64,000 bases of DNA, from contig OZ024741.1 in assembly GCA_964016885.1 (NCBI GenBank), positions 276,892,001-276,956,000 of the forward strand, read 5' to 3'. Below the pieces are notes generated by a model. That model ran no database searches and was not told the DNA's origin. It saw only the letters and a program-made list of their open reading frames with translations. This document shows positions 26,587 through 44,440 of this stretch, in pieces. Each line of letters opens with the position of its first letter. Positions within the stretch are counted from its first letter, which is position 1. The position numbers and the translations under genes were made by a program. The stretch is from Eledone cirrhosa (Eukaryota).

Positions 26587-26618
<32 letters not shown>

Positions 26619-26652
26619 TGGAAAATGTGTGTAATCCTTGGTACAGTTAGGT

Positions 26653-30881
<4,229 letters not shown>

Positions 30882-30905
30882 TATATATATATATATAGCG
30901 AGAGA

Positions 30906-30968
<63 letters not shown>

Positions 30969-31012
30969 CGAGAGAGAGGGAGAGAGGGAGAGAGAGAGAG
31001 AGGGCGAGAGAA

Positions 31013-31048
<36 letters not shown>

Positions 31049-31097
31049 TAAAATGACAGGTGGCTGGACTGGTGAAATTCCTTAAAGGTTTATTATA

Positions 31098-31157
31098 AAC
31101 ACTATGCACATTTCAATGACCGGGCTCTGCATGAACCTGGTGACATCATCAAGTGTT
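31098..31157 (-). ncRNA. Hammerhead variant (UUGAUGA core)
   Basis: AACAC-UUGAUGA-long stem II-GAAAUGUGCAUA-GUGUU; 5-bp stem I; C3 mutated. Confidence 0.55.
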
Positions 31158-31280
31158 ACGAGAATTATCTAATAAAGGAATATAATAATGGGAGACACAA
31201 TCCAAGGGGATGAAAAGTAGAGAGAAATGTTTAAGACCTGAAGGCGGCCAAAGCCAGCAGTTGCCAGCCTATATATATAT

Positions 31281-31374
<94 letters not shown>

Positions 31375-31905
31375 AGGTCGCTCTCGAGTGCTCCCCGTAA
31401 CATGTATACCAATTCTATGGTATACATGCATACCAATTCTAACACATATATGTCCTAGAAACGATCGTAAAATAATGAACTTTTTTTGTTTAATATAAGG
31501 AACTGTTTCTTTGTTTATTCATTATTTTTTTAATAATTTAATTTTTTTAATAATTTTTTTAATAATTTATATATATATATATATATATATATTGAAACGT
31601 AATCCTGGTATGTGTATATGCATATTTTCTTCTAACTTTAATTTTATACCTAATTGTGTATGGTTGACGATATATTTAATCGATTTCCACGTGCTATTGA
31701 AATGCTGGGTAAATATTCTATAGCTGTTGAACGCGAATAGATGGCTGTCGCTTATTTATCTATTATTTCTTCATATGGGCCTTTTAATCTTATAGCCTGA
31801 TTTAATTGGTTGTTTGTGTGGTTGATTATGCTAATTGGGAGAGGAAATGGTGTATATATCTTATCAAATGATTCTATGGACATAATTTATAGTATATATA
31901 TATAT

Positions 31906-32050
<145 letters not shown>

Positions 32051-32512
32051 TGTGTAAAAAACCTGGAGGTTATATCCGTAGTTGGTTGACCACTCAACCA
32101 TATATAGCTGTCATCAAACTGTCTATATCGCCCTCTTTCAGATTTCCGTTTATGGCTTCTACCATCTGTTGAAATCTAACTATACATAGACTATTGTTTG
32201 GTGCAGATCAACACAACACACTTGAAGGGTTATCCTTTAGTTATTTACGACCCTAGTTCCTTGCAGGGGTACATGAGACCAGATTTGCTAATTGACACAT
32301 GGATAGCATTTCACCCCAGAAAATGAAACACGACGCCTGGGAAAGACCCTCTCAGAAACTTATATGTCTGCCGGGCGCTCGCACATAAGGACGTGATTTT
32401 TCTGCCTGTGGCATATCACACATTTCGAATTTCATATGAAGATACCGTTCTTATAACAACAAATGCATGAATTACACCTTGGATTGCATGGGAGAACCGT
32501 TGAAATAATAAT

Positions 32513-32560
<48 letters not shown>

Positions 32561-32629
32561 ATAATAATACTAATAAATTTGAAGACTAAAATCCTTCTTT
32601 GCTTAAAGTTTAATCTGTTATTTTAATAA

Positions 32630-32733
<104 letters not shown>

Positions 32734-32971
32734 ACAGATTAAAGTTTAAGCAAAGAATCGCTGCTTTCACCCTTAACGGGATCTTCTGAAACTAACAAAG
32801 TCAATCTGTAAACGCAGAAGTGGATATTTCAAAAAACGTTGCAACCGGAGGAAGACAGGAAGACGATACTTTGGTTCGTGAAAACGTTTGCTATGCAAAT
32901 AAGTAATGGTATAAACAAAACATATACTTAGCTCCCACATCAAGACGTAAAATATCCACGTATAGATCGTG

Positions 32972-33240
32972 CTATCCGTTAGGGTATAACGTGGGGCTGT
33001 AATACAGGAAAGTTTTGTGCAATTTATGTTTACAAGCCGAAATTGCCTCAGATGTTTTGTTTAAGATGTGGTCTGTGGCGTAGAGTATTTCCAGGGCCTC
33101 AGCGGCGCAGAGATCACATGGTCTTTTATTTCCGTTATACCATCTAGTCCTAGCTAGGATCTCCCAGTGTAACTTATATTGGGTGTGGTTGTCTTTTAGA
33201 CTCCAGATATAAGCTGAAAGTGACATCATATTCCTTCTTA
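32972..33240 (-). pseudogene. Penelope-like GIY-YIG C-terminal fragment
   Basis: LSAYIWSLK...WEIL...CDLCAAE...ILNKTSEAISACKH, homologous to the end of ORF 39456-40442. Confidence 0.75.
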
Positions 33241-33388
33241 GAATATATATATATACTAGATCACTTTAAAATGTTTTTTTTTAAACCATGTTCACTTAAA
33301 TATAATTTTTAAATAATTGAAATATACACAGACATGTGTATAATGTAAAATGAAATTGGAAGGCCCATATATATGTGTGCGTGTGTAT

Positions 33389-33477
<89 letters not shown>

Positions 33478-34989
33478 TGTACACATATACACTGGTCACA
33501 GACACATACACATACGCACACACGCACACTATATATATATGCACACGCGCATATATATATACACAACAACACCACCAGCTCCCTCTCACTTCCATTTTCC
33601 CCTGTCTCCTTCTCCCTCTCTCTATGTCTCCCTTTCAATCTACTCTCTCACAACCACTATTTCTTTTTCTCTATCTTTATCTCTCTATATATAGGAAAAT
33701 GTTCAAGACGCCAGAAATAGCCGTCAAAACGGCTTGAGCTCTGTCGTCGGGGTCTTGAACATTTTCCTATTACCCACTCTACTACCCTAAGTATTGAGTA
33801 CTCTGGTGGGTTATGGTCCACCTGGTTCCTTACCACACTTCCTTCGTTCTCTCTCTCTATATATATATGAAGGTGCCCGGAAAAACCCTGTATCTCGTCA
33901 AAAACCCTGTATCAGGGGCAACTTCCTTTCAAAGTATTTTCCGATTATGCGCCATTTTGGCTGTATTAAATTACAGACAAGCACACAATCACACAGTTTT
34001 AGTATATATATATATTTATATAATATATATATAATATATACAGTTTATATATATCTATCTATACATATATATAAAACTGTAGTTGTCTGTGTATGTGTGT
34101 GTGGTTGTGTGTCCTCATTTTTGCAAAGTCTATACAAATCCACATTCCTACTCCGATTGACTTCAAACTTGCATTTATATATTCCTTGCGGTCTAAAGAT
34201 ATTAACTGCAGCTTTTATTTTTCAATGTTCTGTTGTTAAAGGGGTGTTAGGCGCCGGTTATCGATCTCCGTCGCGCCCTTATAATATCTGTCTGTATGTC
34301 TGGCTGTCTGCATTACGACATTATGACAAACATTGATGACGTATTATGTTCGCTATTTTCCGTTCATTGTCAGGGAACGTCTTCACGAACCAAAGTATCG
34401 TCTTCCTGTTTTCCTTCGGTTGCAACGTTTTTCGAAATATTTACGTCTGCGTTCATAGATTAATTTTTTTAGTTTCAGAAGATCCCGTTAAGGGTGAAAG
34501 TAACGACTCTTTGCTTAAACTTTAATCTGTTATTTTAATATATAATACAAGCGAGGCAAGCCAGGCCCAATTACACTTGAGAATACCTTTCCGACGGTCG
34601 GCTTATTTTTCAATCAGTAAATGTAATTTACTAATTTTTTGGCTAACAATCCTGAGACATCCCCATTTACCCCTATTGCTTTAATATTTTTTTGCAATAC
34701 TTTCTGAGACATAACCACTTACCTCCGTTGCACACATTATTATTGGTGTTAATACCAAGCCATATGCCCCATTACGTACATAGATAGAAATAGTGGGTCT
34801 TTTTAGAAAGCCCCGCCAAAAAATATCCCCACATCTATGTTAAAAATCACATACGATGGTGTTAAGCGGTAATTTTTATCTATCTTGGTACAGACAATAC
34901 AGTGCAGAGGGGCGGGATAGTGTTAAGGCAAACTGTCTTAACTTAAGTCGACAATTGTAGTTGTCGAGGCACGGTAGAAGAGCATAGGT

Positions 34990-35670
34990 TTAAGAAAGTC
35001 ATGCCTGTCTTTGGCCTTCTGGCTTTGGAAGAGTTCAGCTTCGATCTCCTTCCACTTGGGGTTGCAGGTAAAGGTAATGAATACTCCGGGCCGACCGTAG
35101 TGGCGCACATATGTCATGACGTCTTGCGTCCTCTCATGAATATACCGCGGTGAAGGTGGAAGGCAAAACGCACACCTGCCCTAAGCCTCCCGGTGCAACG
35201 TAATTGTTGATACCATCTCGAAGGTGAATGTAACTCTCTGAAAGCAGCTTTTGTTGGTTGTACCTGATGTAACGCAGCCTCTCGGACTCCATCTTGGCGC
35301 ACATGTCGACTGCAAATTGATGGAATAGCTCGCGTGAACTGTGGAGATGATTCAGGCAGTTGCTTCGGGTCATGAAGCAGTATGCATAGAACTCCATGCA
35401 GGAAACTTGTTTGGTCTGTGGGGATTACGCTGGTGAATGCCCAAATGGTAACCGTCTTCTCCATTCACGAAGAGCAAGGGGTTTTGTAGCGCATCGTAGA
35501 ATATGTGGGTTTTGCTGATTCGCTAAGAGTGTTGTCACGACACGTGAGAACGACGTCCCTCGGATTTTGCTGCTCACCTTCAAGCACAATGGCGATTTCG
35601 TTGCATGTAGGCGGATTATAGCGGCCAGCATGCTCTGCAGATGGCCGTTTGTCAGCATTAATGACAACAT
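34990..35670 (-). pseudogene. Helitron Rep (Helitron-like N-terminal domain) fragment
   Basis: ELFHQFAVDMCAKMESERLRYIRYNQQKL, VLPSTFT, TYVRHYGRPGVFITFTCNPKWKEI; frameshifted. Confidence 0.85.
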
Positions 35671-35995
35671 TAAAAGATATTCGCCCCGAAAGAAGTCATT
35701 TGAAAGGCACAGTTATACTTTATGGTATTACTTAGGAAATGCTTTGATTCTGGGTTGTGCCTGTAAGAAACAGCAGCAATGGCTGGGGCGGATACTCTAG
35801 AGCGGGTAACTCTCTTTGGGCATATTAAACAACAACGTATAACTTGTGGATGCAGAAAACCAGGTGCAAGGGGGCTAGTAAGTTTAAGTATCTGTTCATG
35901 CTTAGGTTAGTTGATGTAGAAGAGGTTAATAGTTTTCAGTCTAAAACTCACTTGGGTAATAGGTTAGTTGTGACTGTATTGTCTGTACCAAGATA

Positions 35996-37293
35996 TTAGG
36001 TTGGGGAATAAGTCGTAACCGTTTTTTTTTCAAATTAGAAAAATGTATGGAGAAACGGAACACATTTGCAAATGTTTTATGTTTGTTCAATGAGATTTTA
36101 TTGCTCTAAAAGATAGCGTCTTTGTTTTTTTTAATATCATTGCTTTTCGTTCAGTTTCAGAGCATTAACATGGAATGTCAAGTGAACAGAATTGAGCATT
36201 TTCGACACGTTTTGCTTTTTGCATTTAATCCAGGTTTTAACGCCGCCAAAGCTGCTCGTGAGATTTGTGACGTGTATGGAGAAGGAGCAATACCTCAACG
36301 TACTACCCGCCGTTGGTTTTTACGCTTTAAAAATGGGAATTTTGAGCTTAAGGACGGGTCACGCTCCGGTCGACCAATTGAATTTAATAAGGAGCGATTA
36401 AACCAACTTCTTCACGAAAATCCACGTCAGACGACCAGAGAATTGGCGGAATAGATGAATTGTGACCATAAAACTGTGGTAAATCACCTTCACTCAATGG
36501 GCAAGGTTCAGAAACTTGGCGCATGGGTGCCACACGCTTTGAGCGAAAACAACAGAAATCAATGCGCCATGATTTCCGCCAGTTTGCTCACTCGACATCG
36601 CTTAAAACATGGTCACAAGCATCGCTTTCTTTACCGCATTGTCATGGGCGATGAAAAATGGTGTCTCTATGTCAACATGAAGCAGCGTAAAGAATGGCTC
36701 AGCCCTAACAAACAAGCGACTCCTCGAGCAAAACAAGATCTTCATCCTCGAAAGACCATGTTGTGTGTATGGTGGGACTGGGAAGGCATTATCCATTACG
36801 AATTGCTTGAGTGCAACCAAACTGTATATGCGGAGTTCTACGTTCAACAACTGCACCGACTGAACGAGGCAATTCAGCAAAAAAGACCGAATCGGCGAAA
36901 AGGTGTTCTTCTGCAGCACGACAACGCCCGTCCTCACATTACCAATATGACTGAAGCCGCGATTCAAGAACTCGGATGGGAAGTGTTACCTCATCCACCA
37001 TACTCTCCAGACTTGGCACCATCAGATTTCCCCCTCTTTCGATCACTTTCGAATGCAATGCGCGGTGTATCGTTCAATAATGATGTGGAATTGAGCGCTT
37101 GGTTGAACCAATTCTTCAGCTCAAAACCGCCAAGCTTTAATCGCCAAGGCAGAGATAAACTTATTGAACGATGGGAGGAGGTCATCAAAAACAACGGAGA
37201 TTATCTTGGTGACAAGTTTTATGCAATTTAACATTGTAAAACTATGACAATAAAACATTTTGTAAAATGGTCACGACTTATTCCCCAACCCAA
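35996..37293 (+). mobile_element. Full-length mariner transposon
   Basis: 30-bp TIRs TTAGGTTGGGGAATAAGTCGTAACCGTTTT / AAAATGGTCACGACTTATTCCCCAACCCAA, TA target duplication, 1298 bp. Confidence 0.95.
36170..37231 (+). pseudogene. Mariner DD34D-type transposase with one in-frame stop (36452-36454)
   Basis: HTH region, WVPHAL, GDEKW, HDNARPH, YSPDLAPSD. Confidence 0.9.
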
Positions 37294-38111
37294 TAGATAG
37301 AAATTACCGCTTAACACCAACGTATGTGATTTTTAAAATAGGTGTGGAGATATTTTTTGGCGGGGCTTTCTAAAAAGACCCACTATTTCTATCTATGTAC
37401 GTAATGGGGCATATGGCTTGGTATTAACACCAATAATAATGTGTGCAACGGGGGTAAGTGGTTATGTCTCATAAAGTATTGCAAACAAATATTAAAGCAA
37501 TAGGAGTAAATGGGGATGTCTCAGGATTGTTAGCCAAAAAATTAGTAAATTACATTTACTGATTGAAAAATAAGCCGACCGTCGGAAAGGTATTCTCAAG
37601 TGTAATTGGGGCTGGCTTGCCTCGCTTGTATTATATATTAAAATAACAGATTAAAGTTTAAGCAAAGAGTCGTTACTTTCACCCTTAACGGGATCTTCTG
37701 AAACTAAAAAAATTAATCTATGAACGCAGACGTAAATATTTCGAAAAACGTTGCAACCGAAGGAAAACAGGAAGACGATACTTTGGTTCGTGAAGACGTT
37801 CCCTGACAATGAACGGAAAATAGCGAACATAATACGTCATCAATGTTTGTCATAATGTCGTAATGCAGACAGCCAGACATACAGACAGATATTATAAGGG
37901 CGCGACGGAGATCGATAACCGGCGCCTAACACCCCTTTACCAACAGAAAATTGAAAAATAAAAGCTGCAGTTAATATCTTTAGACCGCAAGGAATATATG
38001 AATGTAAGTTTGAAGTCAATCGGAGTAGAAATGTGGATTTGTATAGACTTTGCAAAAATGAGGACACACACACACACACACACATACAACTACAGTTTTA
38101 TATATATATGT

Positions 38112-38147
<36 letters not shown>

Positions 38148-38507
38148 CAAAGACGGTCTGGTAAGAAACCAGGTGGATCATAACGCACCAGAGTACTCGA
38201 TACTTGGGGTAGTAGAGGGGGTAATAAGGAAAAAATTCACGGCTGAATTCCGGCTGTTTCGACAGCTAGATACGAACTCGGATCTAGCTGTCGAAACGGC
38301 CGGAGTTCAGCCGTGATTAGTTCTTTCGTTGTTTTGGTATTGTATGGTTGGGTTTTACCTACCACAATTTTCAAGTTGTCAAGCTATTTAAACGTAATGT
38401 TATTACTCTAAGCACCTACTCTTATTGAGTGCTTTGCTACTCATTCCTTATTGTAGGTCGACTTTGCTTGGCCACAGCCAACGCTTCGATTTTACTAAGC
38501 TTCCACT

Positions 38508-38589
<82 letters not shown>

Positions 38590-38596
<7 letters not shown>

Positions 38597-38978
38597 AGGA
38601 AGCTATAGTTCACTTGAAGCATTGTGTAATGAGGTATAAACGTGTGTATATGTATAATAAAGCCAAAACAATGCAGGTATGGACATAGAATAAAGAATGC
38701 AAATGCAAAAGATATTGTTGACAATTAGTCTTTTACCTTAGATTTATTTAAATGTCCTTAATTTTCGAGATAGTATCTCTTCTTCGGAGGGAAGTAAAGC
38801 GGTTAAACCAGTGTTCTAAATAGCTTGCCAAGTCATGCTGACAGGAAATGGTATAGAGTATCTGTTCTATCTCTAATGTCAAAGAGTTAAGGTTAGGTGG
38901 ATAAAGAGTAGTCTCTCTTTCAAAGGTTTTTTTTGTACATGCCTGTTTAAGTCTGTGGGAGAATGCGTGAAAGTGTAA

Positions 38979-39020
<42 letters not shown>

Positions 39021-39375
39021 GTGTGAGAAGATATGTCTATACATAAATGTGGGGGATAGATGTTATCTCGTGTTAGAACTGGTCTTTGTGTGTGTATGTG
39101 TGTGTGAGAGAGAATAAGTGGAGGTGTAAGCGTGTGTGTACATGTGTGCGTGCGTGTGTGTTTGTGCGTGTGTTTGGGAGGGGGTGTAAATATGGGGCTA
39201 GATGGTCTATCAAGTTATAAATTGGGTGTTGAGTTCTAGTCTATTATTGATTGGTGGTTGTCTTTTGTCTATAATTAGTGCTTCCTTAATTCTAAGATTG
39301 CCGGGGTTTCTTTCCTTAGTTTCTATCCTAACTGTTATGGTTTTGTCGGTGTTTTTGCATAATACTATAATCAGG
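38590..39375 (-). mobile_element. Penelope-like 3' end fragment
   Basis: Reverse strand ...LRIKEALIIDKRQPPINNRLE* then UTR with hammerhead-like CCU-CCGAAGA-aGAGAUacuAUCUC-GAAAAUUA-AGG (38756-38791), ending in (TA)n. Confidence 0.55.
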
Positions 39376-39379
39376 CATT

Positions 39380-42182
39380 AGCTAGATCAGGCCATAATAA
39401 TGAGATCGAGTTCCTACCTATAAAAACACATAGTTACAACGTTATTTCGCACAATATGTCCATGAGGAAAAATAGTAATAAGAATAATAACCACACACAC
39501 ACTAGTACGAAGGGTGGCAACAAACATAACCCACACCAGGGAGGACACCAAAATACTATAAACGGAAGCATCTCACCAGACATAAAAAACAAAAATAGAA
39601 GAAGAAATAATACATTTTTCAACCCCCCTTTCGACGTAAACGTCTCTACCAACCTACCTAAGGCTTTCTTCTCACTCCTAGATAAAAACTTCCCATCTGG
39701 CCACAAGTACCATAGTCTTATAAATAAAAACACCATTAACATCTCCTACTCCACCACGCCTAACATAGCATACCACATAGCTAGTAGCAATAAAAGAAAA
39801 ATTAATACTTACTTCCAACAAACTAAAACACAGCAGGGGGTAAACCTTCAAAACAACGTAATACCTGCAAACCCTAATATCAATAGTAATAATAGTAATA
39901 GCACCAGTGAAAGCAATAACGCTAGGAGCGACTACCCCCATAACCATAATGCGATACCTAGCAACCAGACTTCTACACAACATAATAACCGGCAGGTTAA
40001 CATCCAAAATAATTGTAACTGTAGATCTAATAGAACCTGCCCTTTAGATAAAAACTACTTAATCAAGGACATCATATACTCATGCACCGTCAGAACTAGC
40101 AACTCTTCTGAAACCTATATAGGCTCTACTTCGAACTGCTTCAAAACCAGATACAATTCACACCTCCATTCTTTCAAAAAACACAGTCTAGCCAACTCCA
40201 CTTCACTATCTAGCTACATACACTTTCTAAAAACTAGAAATAGATCTTATACACTTCAATGGGAAGTGATAGGTAAAGCGGCATCGTACAAACCACCTAA
40301 TAAATTCTGTAACCTCTGTCTACTAAAGACCCATACTATAATCTTCTCAAACCATAACCTCCTTAATAAAAAATCGGAAGTGTTTGCGTCGTGCCAGCAT
40401 CGCTTCCGGCACTCCTTCCAAAACTTTAAACCCAATATATAACAATGTCGGACTTGAACCCATCACCACTTCTAACACCACACCTCAAGGGCACACCTTA
40501 CACCACAACTCCACACTCTCTGATCCCCCCTATCTCGACACAAATCATTCCATCTATCTATAACTTTATACCCTAGAAATATCCCCATAAACACCTACTT
40601 TTAATATAACTACTTTCAATTACTTATAATTATATAATGATACAATACAGTCTATATAAACTTTAAATACTAGATACGGCAATGAATTATTTATGCATTT
40701 GTAATTAGATGTATGGAGTGATAACATTGGATATATATAAGATTAATTTGTTAACATAAGAGATCTGTCTAACTTATATGTAGGGTGCTGCAATGAATTA
40801 TGTATGAATTATATATGAATTATATATGCAAGTATAACTTGATGGATAGATTAATGACATTGTAAATGAGGGATGTATTTGTCTGCCCTAGAGATGTATT
40901 TTGTTTTGCCATGCAAACAGCCATACGCTGCTCCATAACTTGCCAGGGGTTATGTAGACAAAATTCTAATAGGTCCCCTGATATGTTCTAAGAGTAGACT
41001 GCATTTACAGTGAACTTTGATATAAAGGTATGGCACTTTGTATGGAATATTCAATTGTAGCACTATATAATAGGGAGTAATCAGCTTAATATAGATACCT
41101 TTAGTACATCATGATAGAGTAGACTGTATTTAAAATTGGAAACTAGATATAAATGTATAACCGTCTATATAAGGGACTCAATTGAGGCGCCTTATAATGT
41201 ATGTTAGAACAATGAATTTAGTTATGAGATTCGGCTAGTTACCTCCCCTTACGCATTAACCCCCGTTAATTACACACATACTTCCGGGTAATAAACCGCT
41301 GTAAATTCTCGCAGCAGAATCAACCTATTCTATAAACTTGGATTAAATAACACTGAGCCTCAATACGCTAAAATAATTTATTTTAATGCATCAAACATTC
41401 AATACGGAATCATCGTTACTTATGTGATAGATGTAGAAACTATATCTTACTTGTTCTGAATGTGAAAATGGTGGTGGATACGAAAACCATAACTTTCTTT
41501 TGCTTCTTCTTTTTATCTTTATTTTTCTGCACATACTTTTTTGTTCTATACAAAAAATACCTTACCACTACAACCACCATAATAATCTTGCTTACCCGCT
41601 TAAAGTGCTTGCATTACGTGTAACACCCTGCCACACAATAATAGTATAAAAATGAGACACACTTGCATGCTCCACATGTAACTAACGCATACACTACCTA
41701 CTATACCTGACTATCAAACTATCCTCTTGCATTATTTGTGTTACCTGCCGAATGTATTTTAATTTTAATTTTGATTTTAATTTTGATTTTGATTTTGATT
41801 TTGATTTTGATTTTGAATTTGAATTGCTGTACAAAAATAGTATAGTATAATATATGCCACTCCACTGTACATCAATATATATATATGTATCTGTATGTCT
41901 CTTGCGTTGGAAAGGAGGTCAATTATGTGTACAAACATTGAAAAATGCTCCGAAGATACCAAGCCTAGTTTTGGATGAAACAATTGTAAGTGAATAAATG
42001 CTTTGATTCTTGTGAATTCTATATAACTGCTCTGTAGAACAACTGATGTTATTACATTGAGCTATTTATCTTACTGGTAATAAGGTAGTAATAAATTACT
42101 GACCTTCACTGTTTAGGGTTTAAAATATACATAACTATAAAAAGGTTTAATATATACATAACCATAAATAGTATCCCTAATA
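39380..42182 (+). mobile_element. Penelope-like element, 3' part (GIY-YIG ORF 39456-40442, long 3' UTR)
   Basis: FFNPPF..NTINISYS, CNCRSNRTCPL, IIYSCTV..YIGST..FKTRYNSH, CNLC; hammerhead variant at 41946-41992; ends in (TA)n. Confidence 0.8.
41946..41992 (+). ncRNA. Hammerhead variant (CCGAAGA core)
   Basis: UGCU-CCGAAGA-uaCCAAgccuaguuUUGGau-GAAACAAUUGUA-AGUG. Confidence 0.55.
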
Positions 42183-42262
42183 TTATATATATATAATATT
42201 AGGGATACTATATATATAATATTAGGGATACTATTTATGGTTATGTATATATTAAACCTAAA

Positions 42263-42451
42263 GGGCGGTGAATTGGCAGTATCAGTAGAGGGTTGGACGC
42301 CATGCTTTCTAGCATAGTTACGTCCCTTTACGGTTTGAGTTCAAATCCCGTCGAGGTTAACTTTGCCTTTCATCCTTACGGGGTCGATAAAATAAAGTAC
42401 CAGTAGTGTACTGGGTAATTGCTGGCCTTGTGCCAAAAGTAGAAACAATTA
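42263..42451 (+). mobile_element. tRNA-derived SINE
   Basis: GGGCGGTGAATTGGCAG...GAGTTCAAATCCC...GAAACAATTA. Confidence 0.85.
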
Positions 42452-42902
42452 TATATATATATATATATATAATGCACAATTCGGCCGGAGAATCGAATTC
42501 ACAACCACTCAGTCACTACACGAGATTAGACTCTTTCACTCTCTGGATTTTCGCCCTCACAGATAGTAATTATTTATATTTAAAAAAATGTGATATTTAA
42601 TTAGTTACCTCCCTTGAGTAGAATCTTCTGTTTCATCATTTGTACTAAATTCACACTTACCAGGGTATGACGAAAAGTTAATAGAGCTGTGAAATGTTGC
42701 AGGCATTAATTTCAACTCTTCTTATTAATAACTGCATTGTTTCTTCCTAGGGACTATGCTGAAAAATAAACATCATTTGGTTATTCCATGAGAGTATCTT
42801 GCTCAGCCTATGAACTTTGCACCTTATAAATTTTGCAGCCTATTATATAACTTATTTGTCTATTAATAGTTTGTTATTTATAAAAATTGCGTGATATTTT
42901 AA

Positions 42903-42981
42903 TTAGTTGGTGCAGCAACAAGTGTTGGAATGTCTCTCACTGATGTCGCTGTGGTTGACTGAATGAATCAATGAGATTGAA
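42903..42981 (+). ncRNA. Conserved hairpin family, copy 6 (Y type)
   Basis: TTAGTTGGTGCAGCAACAAGTGTTGGAATGTCTCTCACTGATGTCGCTGTGGTTGACTGA, then TCAATGAGATTGAA; 2-nt insertion in the loop; several G-U pairs on this strand. Confidence 0.5.
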
Positions 42982-43139
42982 GGATGGGTTAGTAGAGAGT
43001 GGTGGTGGTGGTGGTGGTGGTGGTGGGGAAAACATATTAGTCAGGGTATGGTGCTGGGATGGGTGGTGGAGTACTGATCGGGATCTGGATGGGATTAACT
43101 ATGGATACTGATATAGATATGTATGCATATGTATATATA

Positions 43140-43335
43140 TAATTGTTTCTACTTTTGGCACAAGGCCAGCAATTAAATTACGCAGTGTATTACTGGTACT
43201 TTATTTTATCGACCCCGTAAGGATGAAAGGCAAAGTTACCCTCGGCGGGATTTGAACTCAGACCAAAAAGGGCCGTAACTCTATGCTGAAAAGCATGGCG
43301 TCAGACCCTCTGCCGATACTGCCAATCCACCACCC
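43140..43335 (-). mobile_element. tRNA-derived SINE
   Basis: Near-identical to 57-248. Confidence 0.85.
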
Positions 43336-43529
43336 TGACATATATGTATATGTATACATAGGAAAAGAGTCAGGGCCCCGACGGCTGAGCTCCGGCCGTT
43401 TCGACAGCTAGATCCGAACTGTTTGTGGTGGTCGACGTCATAGAAATGGTAGGTATGATTGTGATAGTGTTGACATATATGTTTATTGCTGGTGGTAGGG
43501 GTGGGAATGGTAGTGGAGTAGTGGTATGT

Positions 43530-44440
43530 GTGATGGTGATGGATTTGGTGAGTCCATGGTGGTGACGGCAGCGACTGTGGTGGTAGTGGTTGTGGTGGTA
43601 GTGGTGGTGACGGCAGCGACTGTGGTGGTAGTGGTGGTGGTGGTAGTGGTGGTGGCGGCAGCGACTGTGGTGGTAGTGGTGGTGGTGGTAGTGGTGGTGG
43701 CGGCAGCGACTGTGGTGGTAGTGGTGGTGGTGGTAGTGGTGGTGGTGGTGTTGGTCGTGTTATTCTTGTTCGTGGTGGTGGTGGTAGGGATGGTTTTAGA
43801 GGTATAACATTCCCTTCTCCATTATTCCGATCTTCACCATCACCACCACCACCACCACCACCACCACCACCACCACCACCACCACCACCACCATCGCCAC
43901 CACCACCACCACCACCACCACCACCACCACCACCACCACCACCACCACCACCACCACCACCACCACCACCACCACCACCACCACCACCACCACCACCACC
44001 ATCACCATCGCCATCACCATTACCACCACCACCACCACCACCACCATCACCACCATCACCACCACCAGAACCACCATCACCACCATCACCACCACCACCA
44101 CCACCACCATCACCACCACCACCACCACCACCACCACCACCACCACCACCACCACCACCACCACCACCACCACCACCACCACCACCACCACCACCACCAT
44201 CACCATCGCCATCACCATTACCACCACCACCACCACCACCACCATCACCACCATCACCACCACCAGAACCACCATCACCACCATCACCACCACCACCACC
44301 ACCACCACCACCACCACCACCACCACCACCACCACCACCATCACCACCACCACCACCACCACCACCACCACCACCACCACCACCACCACCACCACCACCA
44401 CCACCACCATCACCATCGCCATCACCATCATGGACTCACC
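43530..44440. repeat. (GGT)n-based 45-bp repeats followed by an (ACC)n array
   Basis: GGT-rich 43530-43790; ACC-rich 43835-44430 with a higher-order ~190-bp period. Confidence 0.85.

Larger units (their letters stand above)
34054..38121. mobile_element. Helitron-derived element with ~850-bp inverted arms
   Basis: 34054-34903 is the reverse complement of 35973-35995 + 37294-38121; each arm begins with a Helitron-like TCTAT..TATAAAA..(GT)n 5' end; encloses a Rep fragment. Confidence 0.75.
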
